Below are positions 18,357 through 27,453 of a DNA stretch of 46,438 nucleotides, piece by piece. Under the pieces are notes generated by a model. The model saw only the letters and a list, made by a program, of their open reading frames with translations, was not told where the DNA came from and made no database searches. The stretch is from a virus: the IMG/VR virus record IMGVR_UViG_3300045988_112125; one strand, written 5' to 3'. Positions within the stretch are counted from its first letter, which is position 1; each line of letters begins with the position of its first letter. The position numbers and the translations under genes were made by a program.

Positions 18357-19286
18357 ATGGTAGAGTCACTTAAGTTCATAAACCTGAACACGGGTAAAGA
18401 AATTATAATGGATGGTGATAGGGCAGATTATCTTATTGACACAGACAATGGTTCTATTGACTGGGGAGAAATACAGGCTAAACACAGTACATTCAATTTT
18501 CCTACTCAGATAGGCTCATATATCTCGTCCTCCTCCCTTGAGGATAGAGAAGTCAGCTTTTTTGGGTATGTCCTTGGTGGTAATATACAGGACTTACGCA
18601 GAAAAAAGAGGCTGCTAAGTGCCTTTTTTAACCCACTACACGACATAGAGATACAGGCAGCCGGGTACAGCCTTTTCGGTAAAGCACAGGCGAATATAGT
18701 GTACGGAAAGGAATATCCAGAGAATAACACAGCTTTCTGTAAATTTACGATATCACTGCTTTGTAATCAGCCGTTGTGGCAGACTTCCAAGCCCTTAAGC
18801 ATGAATATAGCTGTTCTTCAGCCGGGGTGGAAGTTCCCGTGGATAATGGTGAATGAAAAAGGAAAAGGTACTATCTTTGGCAAAAGAAGAAGAGCACTCT
18901 TGCAGCAGCTTACGAATAGTGGGGCTACATCGGTGGGAGCTGTAATTACAATCCACGCACTTGGTATTGTGAATAACCCTGAGCTTAAACTGGTTGAAAC
19001 GCAGGAGTTTATCCACATAAACAAGACCCTAAGTGAGGGTGAGGATATTGTGATAAGCACAGTCGATGGTGAGCGTTATATCCGCGGCCGTAAAGACGAA
19101 AACAGCCCGTGGGAGTCCTATCTTGAATACTTAGACCTCGACAGCTCCTGGGTTCAGCTGCCAGTAGGTACAGTTACCATAGGCTTTTCCACTTATGAGA
19201 GTAAAGGGGTGCAAGACGATACATATAAGAATATGAATATAAATCTGGCGTTCCACGAAAAGATATTCAATCTGGAGGACGAGTAA
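18357..19286 (+). CDS. Distal tail protein (Dit-like)
   Basis: 309 aa, directly after the tape-measure gene. Confidence 0.65.
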   Translation: MVESLKFINLNTGKEIIMDGDRADYLIDTDNGSIDWGEIQAKHSTFNFPTQIGSYISSSSLEDREVSFFGYVLGGNIQDLRRKKRLLSAFFNPLHDIEIQAAGYSLFGKAQANIVYGKEYPENNTAFCKFTISLLCNQPLWQTSKPLSMNIAVLQPGWKFPWIMVNEKGKGTIFGKRRRALLQQLTNSGATSVGAVITIHALGIVNNPELKLVETQEFIHINKTLSEGEDIVISTVDGERYIRGRKDENSPWESYLEYLDLDSSWVQLPVGTVTIGFSTYESKGVQDDTYKNMNINLAFHEKIFNLEDE

Positions 19287-20378
19287 ATGGGAATGAGGAT
19301 GGAAGTTATAGACCACGAGTTCAAGAGACACGGTGTTATAAATAAATATAGCATGGTTCAGTACACCCCTAAGTACAATGATGTAGGCTCATTCCAGCTG
19401 TCCTGTGCTTTAAATGCAGACAATATAGACCTTATCAGGGAGGACAGAATACTATGGATAGAGGGTAAATATGCTGGTATCATTCAGTACATCAGCAAAT
19501 CGTCTGACTCCGAAATTACTGTCAAAGGTTACCTGCTGTCTGGTATGGCAAAATGGAGGGTAGTGCCAGCAACGTATGAGGTGTACAAGGATATTCCGGA
19601 GATATATCGTGACCTCGTTACCGCTGGCATGATACTCGGTGACAGAGCCATACCAGGGGTAACCTACCTAAGTTCAGTTCTTAGTAGCGAAAAGATACGG
19701 TTTCAATCTACAGGTAGCCAGCTTGCGGACACTTTCAAAACCTTGGGAGAAACCTATGATTATGGGTTTGACATTTTTCTTAACATGAAAGAAAAGTCCT
19801 TTGATTTTACCCTATACAGAGGAAAAGACCATACTGTAGGTAACAAAAGCGGAAATAAGCCAGTTATTTTCGGTACAGACTTCAACAATATTCTGTCAGG
19901 CTCTTATGTTGGTAACACTCAAGAATACCGAAATTTTGCTTATGTAGCTGGTGAAGGTGAAGGAGCAGATCGTGTAATGGTTGAAGTAAACTCACAGAAG
20001 CCTCAAACCGGGTACTTTAGACGTGAGGCCTATGTAGATGCTAGGGACTTACAGAAAAACGGCTCAGGACAGGTATTAACAGATGCAGAGTATAAGGAGC
20101 TTCTTCAGCAGCGTGGGCTGTCCAGCCTGTCAGAATACAGAAAGGTAGAGAGTTACGAGGCAGAACTTAGGACTGACAAAGATTCTGCATTCAAGTACGG
20201 AGTTGATTATGGCCTTGGTGACACTGTAAGCATTATTGACAAAACTTTAGGAGTCATTATATCGGCAAAAGTGACAGCAGTGACCGTAACTTTTGCGGAC
20301 GATGGGTACACGATAGAGCCCACCTTCGGTTTTGGGCTTCCAACACTTTATGAAAAGCTTAAGAAAGGGGTGCTTTAA
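19287..20378 (+). CDS. Tail-associated / baseplate hub protein (Sipho_Gp37-like, Tal N-terminal type)
   Basis: 363 aa, follows Dit. The N-terminus EVIDHEFKRHGVI..YS.VQYTPKYNDVGSFQL resembles Gp37-like proteins. Confidence 0.55.
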   Translation: MGMRMEVIDHEFKRHGVINKYSMVQYTPKYNDVGSFQLSCALNADNIDLIREDRILWIEGKYAGIIQYISKSSDSEITVKGYLLSGMAKWRVVPATYEVYKDIPEIYRDLVTAGMILGDRAIPGVTYLSSVLSSEKIRFQSTGSQLADTFKTLGETYDYGFDIFLNMKEKSFDFTLYRGKDHTVGNKSGNKPVIFGTDFNNILSGSYVGNTQEYRNFAYVAGEGEGADRVMVEVNSQKPQTGYFRREAYVDARDLQKNGSGQVLTDAEYKELLQQRGLSSLSEYRKVESYEAELRTDKDSAFKYGVDYGLGDTVSIIDKTLGVIISAKVTAVTVTFADDGYTIEPTFGFGLPTLYEKLKKGVL

Positions 20379-21394
20379 TGGAAACAAGTGGATTTTTTAA
20401 TGCTGAGGAACAGGTTGATGGTTCTTATGATAGAGAATACTTTGCTCAGCAGTTTGCATATTATTTTGCCTTATTCATTGGCAATGGTGTGTTCTTTCCA
20501 GATGCAGGTAAGCTTCAGGTAGTACAGAACTCAGCACAAAACATGAGTGTTGATATTTCAATTGGTAACGCTTTTGTTAATGGATACTGGTATGACAATA
20601 GTACACCTCTGAATGTAAAGTTAGAGAATGCCAGTCCAAGTTTGAACAGGGTGGACAGTATTGTGCTTGAGTGGAATATCACCACTAGAGATATTAAAGC
20701 AAAAGTTGTAAAAGGAACAGAAGCTGGTGATGCTCAAATTCCAGTGCTGCAAAGGGATGACAGTGTATTCCAGTTAAGGTTGGCACATATCAACGTAACA
20801 CAGGGTATTACAGGCATTACAAACGCACAAATAGTTGATGACAGGTTAGATAAAGATGTCTGTGGCATAGTAACAGGAGTTGTAGAGCAGGTTGATACCA
20901 CTACATTATATCAACAGTTCGTAAGTTGGTATGAGCAGTTCACGAAGAAAGCTGGTGCGGATTTAGACCAATGGACGAAACAAGAACAGCAGGACTTTGA
21001 ATCTTGGAGAACCGCAAACGAAGCAACGTTCAATAAATGGTTCCAAGATATAAATGCTAAGTTAGGTACGGAGCCAGCTACAAATCTTCAGAAACAGATT
21101 GATGGTATGAACAATATAGTAGAGGTTGAGCTTAAGCTTGAGGGCTGGATAGGTGATTCAGCACCATGGAGCCAGAGAGTAGCGGTTCCAAACTTGAAAG
21201 AAACGGACAGCATAAGCCTTGCACCTGCTATTGATAAAGATACCGGGATTGATAAAACAAAGCTGCTCAAAAAGCTTACAGGCATGATTGATGCAGGTGA
21301 AACGGAGGATGGATTTGCTACTTTCTACTGCAATATAAAAAAGCCTACTGAAACTTTTAAGATTCGTCTTAAGGGCGTGACAAAGGGGGTATAG
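20378..21394 (+). CDS. Baseplate / tail fibre-associated structural protein
   Basis: ATG overlaps the upstream stop (TAATG). The N-terminus SGFFNAEE..DREYFAQQFAYYF...GNGVF is a motif I recall from Firmicutes phage structural proteins. Confidence 0.45.
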   Translation: METSGFFNAEEQVDGSYDREYFAQQFAYYFALFIGNGVFFPDAGKLQVVQNSAQNMSVDISIGNAFVNGYWYDNSTPLNVKLENASPSLNRVDSIVLEWNITTRDIKAKVVKGTEAGDAQIPVLQRDDSVFQLRLAHINVTQGITGITNAQIVDDRLDKDVCGIVTGVVEQVDTTTLYQQFVSWYEQFTKKAGADLDQWTKQEQQDFESWRTANEATFNKWFQDINAKLGTEPATNLQKQIDGMNNIVEVELKLEGWIGDSAPWSQRVAVPNLKETDSISLAPAIDKDTGIDKTKLLKKLTGMIDAGETEDGFATFYCNIKKPTETFKIRLKGVTKGV

Positions 21395-21397
21395 GAT

Positions 21398-22270
21398 ATG
21401 TCTAAAATATGGATTCCCGGAGGCGGAGGCGGTGTTGATTTAGATGTGACTACAGCACAGGCAGGTGACATACTGGCCGGTAAAGTTATTGTAGGCCCAG
21501 ATGGTGAACCGTTAACAGGTACGATGCCAAACAGGGGAGCGGTGAGTCAGGTACTACCTATCAATGGCAACTATACAATCCCAGCTGGATATCATAACGG
21601 TTTGGGCAAAGTAACACAGAATATTCCTGTACAGAGTGGATCCACAATAACTCCCGGAACAATTACAAAAACAGCTGTAGCAGCTGGAAGATATGTAAGT
21701 GGGAATGTTAACGTAGCTGGTGACCCCAACTTAATAGCAAGTAATATAAGAGACGGAGTTACAATATTCGGTGTAAGAGGAAATGTAGTAGAGTATAAGT
21801 CTCCAGCTACTGTAAACATAACACCAAAATTGGGAGTCACTGCAGGACGTATTACACCGAGTGTTTCCATCGACCCTGCTGAGGGTGGCACATTATCGTT
21901 TTATACGAAATCTCCCGGAAGTTACGCGTTTGCCATGTTGAATAATGGAAGTGGGTTGAATTTGACAGGATGGAACTACATAAATGCTAGCACATACATG
22001 TTATTAGGTTACTTTACATCTCAATCTGCTGAGTGGTACTTCGGTGTCAGCAGAAATTCAAACCTTTCGGCATTTACATTTGATGCGGTAGACAAAACGG
22101 CTTTTTCAAGAAATGATGGTGATAGTAAGCGTAAGAGTGTAAAATTAAATGTAACAAGTTTATCAGGTGTATATTTTTTGTATATTGCTGTAAAAGTAAC
22201 TGGCGGTTCTGAGAATGTAGACGAAAGGTCACAGTATAGTGTGAAAAATATAACATTATCAACACAGTAG
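21398..22270 (+). CDS. Tail fibre-like protein
   Basis: N-terminus GGGGGVDLDVTTAQAGDILAGK...GTMPNRGA...IPAGYHNGLGKV is a recurrent motif in Clostridia phage fibres, from memory. Confidence 0.45.
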   Translation: MSKIWIPGGGGGVDLDVTTAQAGDILAGKVIVGPDGEPLTGTMPNRGAVSQVLPINGNYTIPAGYHNGLGKVTQNIPVQSGSTITPGTITKTAVAAGRYVSGNVNVAGDPNLIASNIRDGVTIFGVRGNVVEYKSPATVNITPKLGVTAGRITPSVSIDPAEGGTLSFYTKSPGSYAFAMLNNGSGLNLTGWNYINASTYMLLGYFTSQSAEWYFGVSRNSNLSAFTFDAVDKTAFSRNDGDSKRKSVKLNVTSLSGVYFLYIAVKVTGGSENVDERSQYSVKNITLSTQ

Positions 22271-22283
22271 GAGGTAAGATAAA

Positions 22284-22571
22284 ATGAAAATATACACAGA
22301 CGAACAGTATCATATTGTAGCAGTAAGAAAGAATGATACAGGGTTACAGCTTACAGAACATGATGTACCAGATGATTACTTTAATGGATGGTGTGATACT
22401 GTCATTAAAGGATATTGCTATCAGGTAAACGATGATTCAATAGCTACATACCCATACAAAGATTTTGACTTGCTTATGTCAATTCAGCAGATGTATGAGG
22501 AAAAAGAAAAGCAAGTTACGGAACTTCAGATGGCCTTGGCACAGGTATTTGAGGTTGCTATAACAAAGTAA
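22284..22571 (+). CDS. Hypothetical protein (95 aa)
   Basis: ORF with AGGAGGT RBS. No family recognised. Confidence 0.6.
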   Translation: MKIYTDEQYHIVAVRKNDTGLQLTEHDVPDDYFNGWCDTVIKGYCYQVNDDSIATYPYKDFDLLMSIQQMYEEKEKQVTELQMALAQVFEVAITK

Positions 22572-22590
22572 GTGAAAGGAGGTGAAAAGA

Positions 22591-22719
22591 ATGGACGTAA
22601 TTTATGCACAGCTTATTATCAAGGGTTTAAAGAAAATCACTGATGTGCCTGAGATTATCAGATCAGATGTGAAGAAAGTGCTTGCAGCTTTAGGCTATCC
22701 AGAGTTAGCACAGGAGTAA
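22591..22719 (+). CDS. Small conserved phage protein (42 aa; below the ORF-track cutoff)
   Basis: AAGGAGGTG RBS 7 nt before the ATG. The product MDVIYAQLIIKGLKKITDVPEIIRSDVKKVLAALGYPELAQE resembles the small '..Y..LI..G..tI.dVP' proteins common in Firmicutes phage tail and lysis regions. Confidence 0.6.
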   Translation: MDVIYAQLIIKGLKKITDVPEIIRSDVKKVLAALGYPELAQE

Positions 22720-22736
22720 AGAAAGGAGAAAATGAT

Positions 22737-22997
22737 ATGGGAAAGAGTAAAACAGGATGTAAGGTACACAAAAACAAGTCAGTAAATGAGGTACATAATA
22801 GTAAGCCTAACACACAATGTACGTGTGACGTAGGAGAGACAGGCCCAGTCACAACAGGCGGAAACGTACCAACAGGCCCAGCACTGGAAGGTAAGGGCAA
22901 TACTCCAGTAGGGCCGGGTCTTGAAGGACTTGGTAACACGCCCGTAGGTCCAGGTTTAGAGGGTAAGGGCAATACACCTGTAGGCCCAGGAAAATAA
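22737..22997 (+). CDS. Small Gly/Pro-rich repeat protein (86 aa)
   Basis: AAGGAG RBS. The basic Cys-containing N-terminus is followed by three 12-aa repeats, EG[KL]GNTPVGPG[LK]. A terminator follows. Confidence 0.6.
   Translation: MGKSKTGCKVHKNKSVNEVHNSKPNTQCTCDVGETGPVTTGGNVPTGPALEGKGNTPVGPGLEGLGNTPVGPGLEGKGNTPVGPGK
22887..22994 (+). repeat. 3 x 36-bp imperfect tandem repeat (coding)
   Basis: Units are 22887-22922, 22923-22958 and 22959-22994. The DNA differs mostly at synonymous positions while the peptide is nearly identical. Confidence 0.85.
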
Positions 22998-23008
22998 GCC
23001 CATTAAAC

Positions 23009-23038
23009 GGCCTTCTGGTTATCCAGAGGGCCTTTTTT
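23009..23038 (+). terminator. Rho-independent terminator
   Basis: GGCCTTCTGG-ttat-CCAGAGGGCC, a 10-bp stem with one G.U pair, followed by TTTTTT. Confidence 0.8.
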
Positions 23039-23054
23039 AAAAGGAGGTGTTTGT

Positions 23055-25289
23055 ATGAGGACGTTTAAGGTTGAACTTGATACAGCTTATGCAGATAAAG
23101 CAATAAAAGAAACTGGTCTTTTACAAGGTAACCAGAACTTTGCTTTTGAGTTTAGGCTTGCTGAGCGTGGTGAACCCATTACCATTGATAATATGAAAAA
23201 GCCGAAGCTCATTTTTAATTTTGAAAATGGTGTAGAATCGTTTACTGTAGATGAGTCTTCTCCAGACTATCCGGTAACGGTGGCTGGCAATGTAGTAAAA
23301 GTAGCAGCTAGTAAATATCTGTCGATGGGTTATGGAAGAGTTAAGTTAATGATTAAGATTGACGATTATTACACGTACAGCTGCATTTACTATGTTGACA
23401 GAAACGAAAACTTTACAGCTCCACCTGTAGCTCAGAGTGATGCTGGTGATTTTGCACTTAAAGACTTTAAGAATGTATCAAATGATGTATTCAAACAGAA
23501 ATATAAGGAAGCTGTTAAAGAACCTATGTCTGATGCGGACTTTCTAGCTCAGGCGAAAAAGAACGGACTGGCAGAAAACGACCTTGCTGACGTAGACCTT
23601 CAAAAGCTGTATGATAAAGGAATTGATTCAGGCTTAATGTCAAAAGATGGTTCAAACTTTTCTCCGTCTGATTTTGACAGAGAGCTCAAAGCAAATGCAG
23701 CTTTTAGGGCTTTACAGAATGCAGATTACCCAGCCATGAAAGGGAAAACTGATGCAGAGATAAAAGGCTTATTCTATGCTAACAGATATGAAGTTCAAGC
23801 AGCTATTGACTTATCACAGCCGCCATACAAAGATGCTACAACACTATATTTAGCATTTCAGCTTACAAGTGAGAAGCAAAAGATAACCCAGATTCTTCCA
23901 CCTCATAGTGATGGTAAAATCATTATGGTGGAGTTGATATTCTCAACAGGGGTATCATCAGGCTCCCTAGAGATAGGTGCAGCCTCAGGGGAAAGCATAG
24001 AGGGTGTTGTTTTGGCTGGTTCGATGACATTCACAAAACCGGGGTATTTAGGTTACTTCCTGCCATTTAAAAATGAATCAGGTTATGATTTTATATCACA
24101 CCATGAAACGCATGATTATTCGATGCAGTTTATGGATGGTCTGAAAAATGAATGGTTTACTTCTCAGAACATTCAATCTATGGATAGAACTGTTAGAATT
24201 GCTAAGCTAGGCGAAAACGCAGATTTTTCTGTAGAGGGTGTAAAAGGGCATGACGGTATTCTTGCTTTTGTTGGAAATGATCAGTTATACAATACAAAAT
24301 ATGACAAAGCAAAGATTTACTTTGGTGATGTCAGAGTTCAGGGTGGAGCTTTTGTTTACCAGAATTTGCAGAATAAATCGTTTGTGATTCAGGATATTAA
24401 TATGCAGGATGATTCAAACATGAGCGAAGGCACAACGTTCCTTGTGGCTTTATCTTATGTTCCGTCAGCCTATGAATTAGCACCATTAACTCAGGACGGT
24501 AAAATTATGCTGGAGCTTGTGGACAATAATGAATCGCCTATTCTGGATATAAATGGCAATCCAATGGGGGTTGAAGTCGAGTACAAAACTGATGACGTGC
24601 AGAGAAAAGAGCTGTATGTTGGAGAGTGCAGAGTAAAAGACTATACAGAAGTTCACTTAAAGCTTAAAACTACGTTTGCAAATGAGGAAATTTTAAGCGT
24701 TGGTGCTGATACCTGTATTATGCTACAAGCCATAAGTAAAAAAGAATCAGCAGGTATGGCTTTACTTGCTTTTATGGCTTTTACAGGATACAGAATTGGA
24801 TTTGACAACATTTACTACGGTACAAATTCCCTGAATTTAGCCCAGTATCTTACTTTTGATATGGTTGAGCAAGAAGTAGCACCTACTACAATGTATTTAG
24901 GGGATGATACTTACTTTGACTTTAAGACAAAGGTAAAAGCAGCTATTCAGAACTATCAGCTGATTATCAAAGACAACGGAACTGATTTACCTGTGTTTTC
25001 AATCGTGAAACGGTATAGCAAGTTTGCAACTCACTACATAGGTGGGAAGGAGTATAATACCACGGTTAAAATCACAGACAAAAATAATGCCTTTCAGATA
25101 AATCTGATGAAATATACAGGAATACAAAACCCTGCACCGTTACCGTCTGTTCAGAGCTATGATGATGGTTCACCAGTGTTCCCTGCTGATTGGGAGGTGG
25201 TAGACTCGTTATTCATTTCAGAAGATGCTGTATCTGGGATTCATACTGCTATGAAAAATTTAACCTGCCATCTGATGGTAAAGAATTAG
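23055..25289 (+). CDS. Large tail fibre / receptor-binding protein (744 aa form)
   Basis: AAGGAGGTG RBS. Last large gene of the tail module. No family recognised beyond its position. Confidence 0.6.
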   Translation: MRTFKVELDTAYADKAIKETGLLQGNQNFAFEFRLAERGEPITIDNMKKPKLIFNFENGVESFTVDESSPDYPVTVAGNVVKVAASKYLSMGYGRVKLMIKIDDYYTYSCIYYVDRNENFTAPPVAQSDAGDFALKDFKNVSNDVFKQKYKEAVKEPMSDADFLAQAKKNGLAENDLADVDLQKLYDKGIDSGLMSKDGSNFSPSDFDRELKANAAFRALQNADYPAMKGKTDAEIKGLFYANRYEVQAAIDLSQPPYKDATTLYLAFQLTSEKQKITQILPPHSDGKIIMVELIFSTGVSSGSLEIGAASGESIEGVVLAGSMTFTKPGYLGYFLPFKNESGYDFISHHETHDYSMQFMDGLKNEWFTSQNIQSMDRTVRIAKLGENADFSVEGVKGHDGILAFVGNDQLYNTKYDKAKIYFGDVRVQGGAFVYQNLQNKSFVIQDINMQDDSNMSEGTTFLVALSYVPSAYELAPLTQDGKIMLELVDNNESPILDINGNPMGVEVEYKTDDVQRKELYVGECRVKDYTEVHLKLKTTFANEEILSVGADTCIMLQAISKKESAGMALLAFMAFTGYRIGFDNIYYGTNSLNLAQYLTFDMVEQEVAPTTMYLGDDTYFDFKTKVKAAIQNYQLIIKDNGTDLPVFSIVKRYSKFATHYIGGKEYNTTVKITDKNNAFQINLMKYTGIQNPAPLPSVQSYDDGSPVFPADWEVVDSLFISEDAVSGIHTAMKNLTCHLMVKN

Positions 25290-26062
25290 CCATAGTTCTT
25301 TATCCAGTATCTTCTCAGATTCCTACCGTGCTTAAATTGAATGACTTTGAGGGTGATATTGTGCCGGGGTTTAACAAATTGGTTATAACTACAAACAGTC
25401 ACATCAAGGAGCAATATCTGGAATTTAGTAAGGAGTATTACAAAGCCAGAGTAGATACTCCAAAGGGTGATGCAAGTTACCGATATACGGTCAACGATTC
25501 ATCTACGAAAATTCCAGCAGGAGTTATTACAGGTGGTGATGGAAAAATAGTAAATGATAATAGTTGGTCTGATGCAGGCTCCAGTGACCCACTGAAAGTG
25601 CAAGGCGACTTTAAATTCCTTGTAGATGGTAATGTTAATATGGAATATCAGGCTCAGATTTTTAATGAGACAGGAACTATTAACAATGTTGAAATATGGC
25701 TTGCAAAAGTAGGCCCTGGCCCAGACATGCTGACAGAGGTATCTAGCAGTAAGCTTTCTACTACGATTGAAGCCAACAGAATGAAGCCCAAAAAGGTTTA
25801 CTCAAAATCGTTTAGCTTCTCTGCAAAAGCCAATGAAACTTACAGAGTTCTGGCTAAATCAAACGTAGCGGACGGATTCTATTTACAGAGTGGTACAGAC
25901 GGCGTTCCGCTGTTTGCAGCATCTATTGTGTTTGATGAAACTAATGGACGCCCGGCAGCTATGGACAATGCTCCTGTGATTCAAGTTATGGAAGATGGTA
26001 AACCCATAGCTGGTAAGACAATTCAGATTGATTCAAAAACTGGTGCTATCACAGTAAAATAA
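25262..26062 (+). CDS. C-terminal extension of the large fibre, reached by a -1 shift (or an indel artefact)
   Basis: The -1 frame is open to 26062 and has no RBS or credible start. The slippery heptamer A_AAT_TTA lies at 25256-25262 in the zero frame. Confidence 0.5.
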   Translation, partial: NLPSDGKELAIVLYPVSSQIPTVLKLNDFEGDIVPGFNKLVITTNSHIKEQYLEFSKEYYKARVDTPKGDASYRYTVNDSSTKIPAGVITGGDGKIVNDNSWSDAGSSDPLKVQGDFKFLVDGNVNMEYQAQIFNETGTINNVEIWLAKVGPGPDMLTEVSSSKLSTTIEANRMKPKKVYSKSFSFSAKANETYRVLAKSNVADGFYLQSGTDGVPLFAASIVFDETNGRPAAMDNAPVIQVMEDGKPIAGKTIQIDSKTGAITVK

Positions 26063-26067
26063 CCAAT

Positions 26068-26099
26068 AAAAATAAGCCTCATTACGAGGCTTATTTTTA
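26068..26099. terminator. Bidirectional rho-independent terminator between the convergent arms
   Basis: AATAAGCCTC-attac-GAGGCTTATT (26071-26095), flanked by an A-run on the left and a T-run on the right. Confidence 0.85.
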
Positions 26100-26447
26100 T
26101 TTCCATATTTCAATATAATCTTCTAAGCTAAGTAAGGTAAGCTTATCACTCATAAGACTTTTGCTGTAGGCTTTGTATGCTCTTCTGTAGTGCGCTACTG
26201 AGATACCATATCTATCAGCCTGACTCTTGTCGTACTCAAACCTTACCCTTTCTACCATTTTAACTTTTTCGTTATTCTCGTGCCACTTTTCACAAGCCTC
26301 GTCAAATTTATCCTCAGTGGTAACAAATCTTACGCTGTATCCGTTGGCTCTTAAGTCCTGCTCAAAAGCCTTTTTGGTTGGGTACTCCTTTCTAATAATC
26401 TCGTGAATTTTTGTTCCTTTTAATCTTACAGATGCAATATATTCCAT
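26097..26447 (-). CDS. Hypothetical protein (116 aa), its own transcription unit
   Basis: ORF with RBS and a dedicated consensus promoter (26491..26519), ending at the bidirectional terminator. Confidence 0.65.
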   Translation of the reverse strand: MEYIASVRLKGTKIHEIIRKEYPTKKAFEQDLRANGYSVRFVTTEDKFDEACEKWHENNEKVKMVERVRFEYDKSQADRYGISVAHYRRAYKAYSKSLMSDKLTLLSLEDYIEIWK

Positions 26448-26490
26448 GGTGTTTTCCTCCTTAACACTTTACTATCTTGCTGATAGCATT

Positions 26491-26519
26491 ATTATATCAC
26501 ATCTTATGGTAAAAGTCAA
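26491..26519 (-). promoter_or_regulatory. SigA-type promoter (TTGACT-17-TGaTATAAT)
   Basis: Minus strand reads aaaaagtgcTTGACT tttaccataagatgtga TATAAT. Confidence 0.75.
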
Positions 26520-26622
26520 GCACTTTTTTAAGATTTTATCAAATTATATGAGAGACACAACAATAACTGATACGCACAAGTACCACGGTATCATTTCTCT
26601 AATCATTTTTACTTACCTCCCC

Positions 26623-26913
26623 CTACTTTTCATAATATAGCATTGGACTGCCGTTGCGGTTTACTAGCATTGTGAACGTACCATAGTTATTTCGTGAATT
26701 GCTGACTACATACATTACTTTGTTTTCTTTGTGGTATACTATCATGTAGTATGAAGATCTTTCTACAATTTCAAACGATCCCTCAGCAGGGCTGACGTAC
26801 GTATTCTTACTTTCTTTTGGTTCTGCCACAGACTTTTCACTTTCATAGCAGCCGCTTATTACTGCTGCCGAGACTATTAGTGCAAAGATGATTTTTATCG
26901 GTTTTTTATTCAA
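26623..26913 (-). CDS. Lipoprotein, DUF6440-like
   Basis: TTG start. Signal peptide with lipobox VISGC. The motif YMIVYHKENKVMYVVS...GTFTMLVNRNGSP resembles the DUF6440 pattern, from memory. Confidence 0.6.
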   Translation of the reverse strand: MNKKPIKIIFALIVSAAVISGCYESEKSVAEPKESKNTYVSPAEGSFEIVERSSYYMIVYHKENKVMYVVSNSRNNYGTFTMLVNRNGSPMLYYEK

Positions 26914-26979
26914 TTACTGATCCTCCTTACATAGGTCTATCATTAGTCCATAATGGTCTTCTAAATCCCTTACAATAGC

Positions 26980-27015
26980 AACCCAAACTGAAAGGCTGTC
27001 TGTTCAGTTTGGGTT
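26980..27015. terminator. 13-bp perfect hairpin downstream of 27070..27453
   Basis: AACCCAAACTGAA-aggctgtctg-TTCAGTTTGGGTT. The T-rich tail is on the plus side only, so terminator function on the minus strand is uncertain. Confidence 0.4.
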
Positions 27016-27069
27016 TCTATTTTCTGCTAACTTTTTGCCATCTCGTCATATGTCAGCATTTTCATATTG

Positions 27070-27453
27070 CTACCTCCTTAACCCTTTTCTGTCAATGTAG
27101 TTTTCAACCGCAAATAAATAGGTCACAATCTCGTGGGAATCTTCTTTTCTGATGGTTACACCAGACTGTGAGTATGATGTAAACCGTTTACGAGCAACTG
27201 GAATGCTGTCACCATGCCCCAAACTACCTACCCACGTGGCTGCAAATTTGCCCGTCAGAGCCGTCAAAACAGGCCCACCTACCACAATTACCACCTGAAG
27301 AATCTCAGAGGAATTTTGCGTACGAAAAACGAGCCACAGCCATACATATGCAAGCACCACCCTCAGCAAGCCGGGTAAAAAATGCAGGTTTATCCACAAA
27401 AAAGTGATGACCTCTGACTTAATCTCAATAAATACACGCTTTAGCACTTCCAT
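27070..27453 (-). CDS. Membrane protein (127 aa)
   Basis: Several hydrophobic helices. Its start overlaps the end of the SNF2 gene. Confidence 0.6.
   Translation of the reverse strand: MEVLKRVFIEIKSEVITFLWINLHFLPGLLRVVLAYVWLWLVFRTQNSSEILQVVIVVGGPVLTALTGKFAATWVGSLGHGDSIPVARKRFTSYSQSGVTIRKEDSHEIVTYLFAVENYIDRKGLRR

Noticed and set aside
22658-22972. 104-aa minus-strand ORF (PGPTGVLP repeats)
   Set aside because: It is the antisense mirror of the Gly/Pro repeat gene 22737..22997. It has no RBS and lies against the direction of the whole late operon.
22737-22997. Collagen-like (Gly-X-Y) protein
   Set aside because: Glycines are not in a strict three-residue register (EGKGNTPVGPGL), so a collagen triple-helix call is not supported.
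25190-25192. TTG at 25190 as an independent start for the downstream fibre ORF
   Set aside because: There is no Shine-Dalgarno sequence upstream, although every other late gene has a strong one. The first ~25 codons (GGGRLVIHFRRCCIWDSYCY) look like out-of-frame noise. Recoding or an indel is more plausible.
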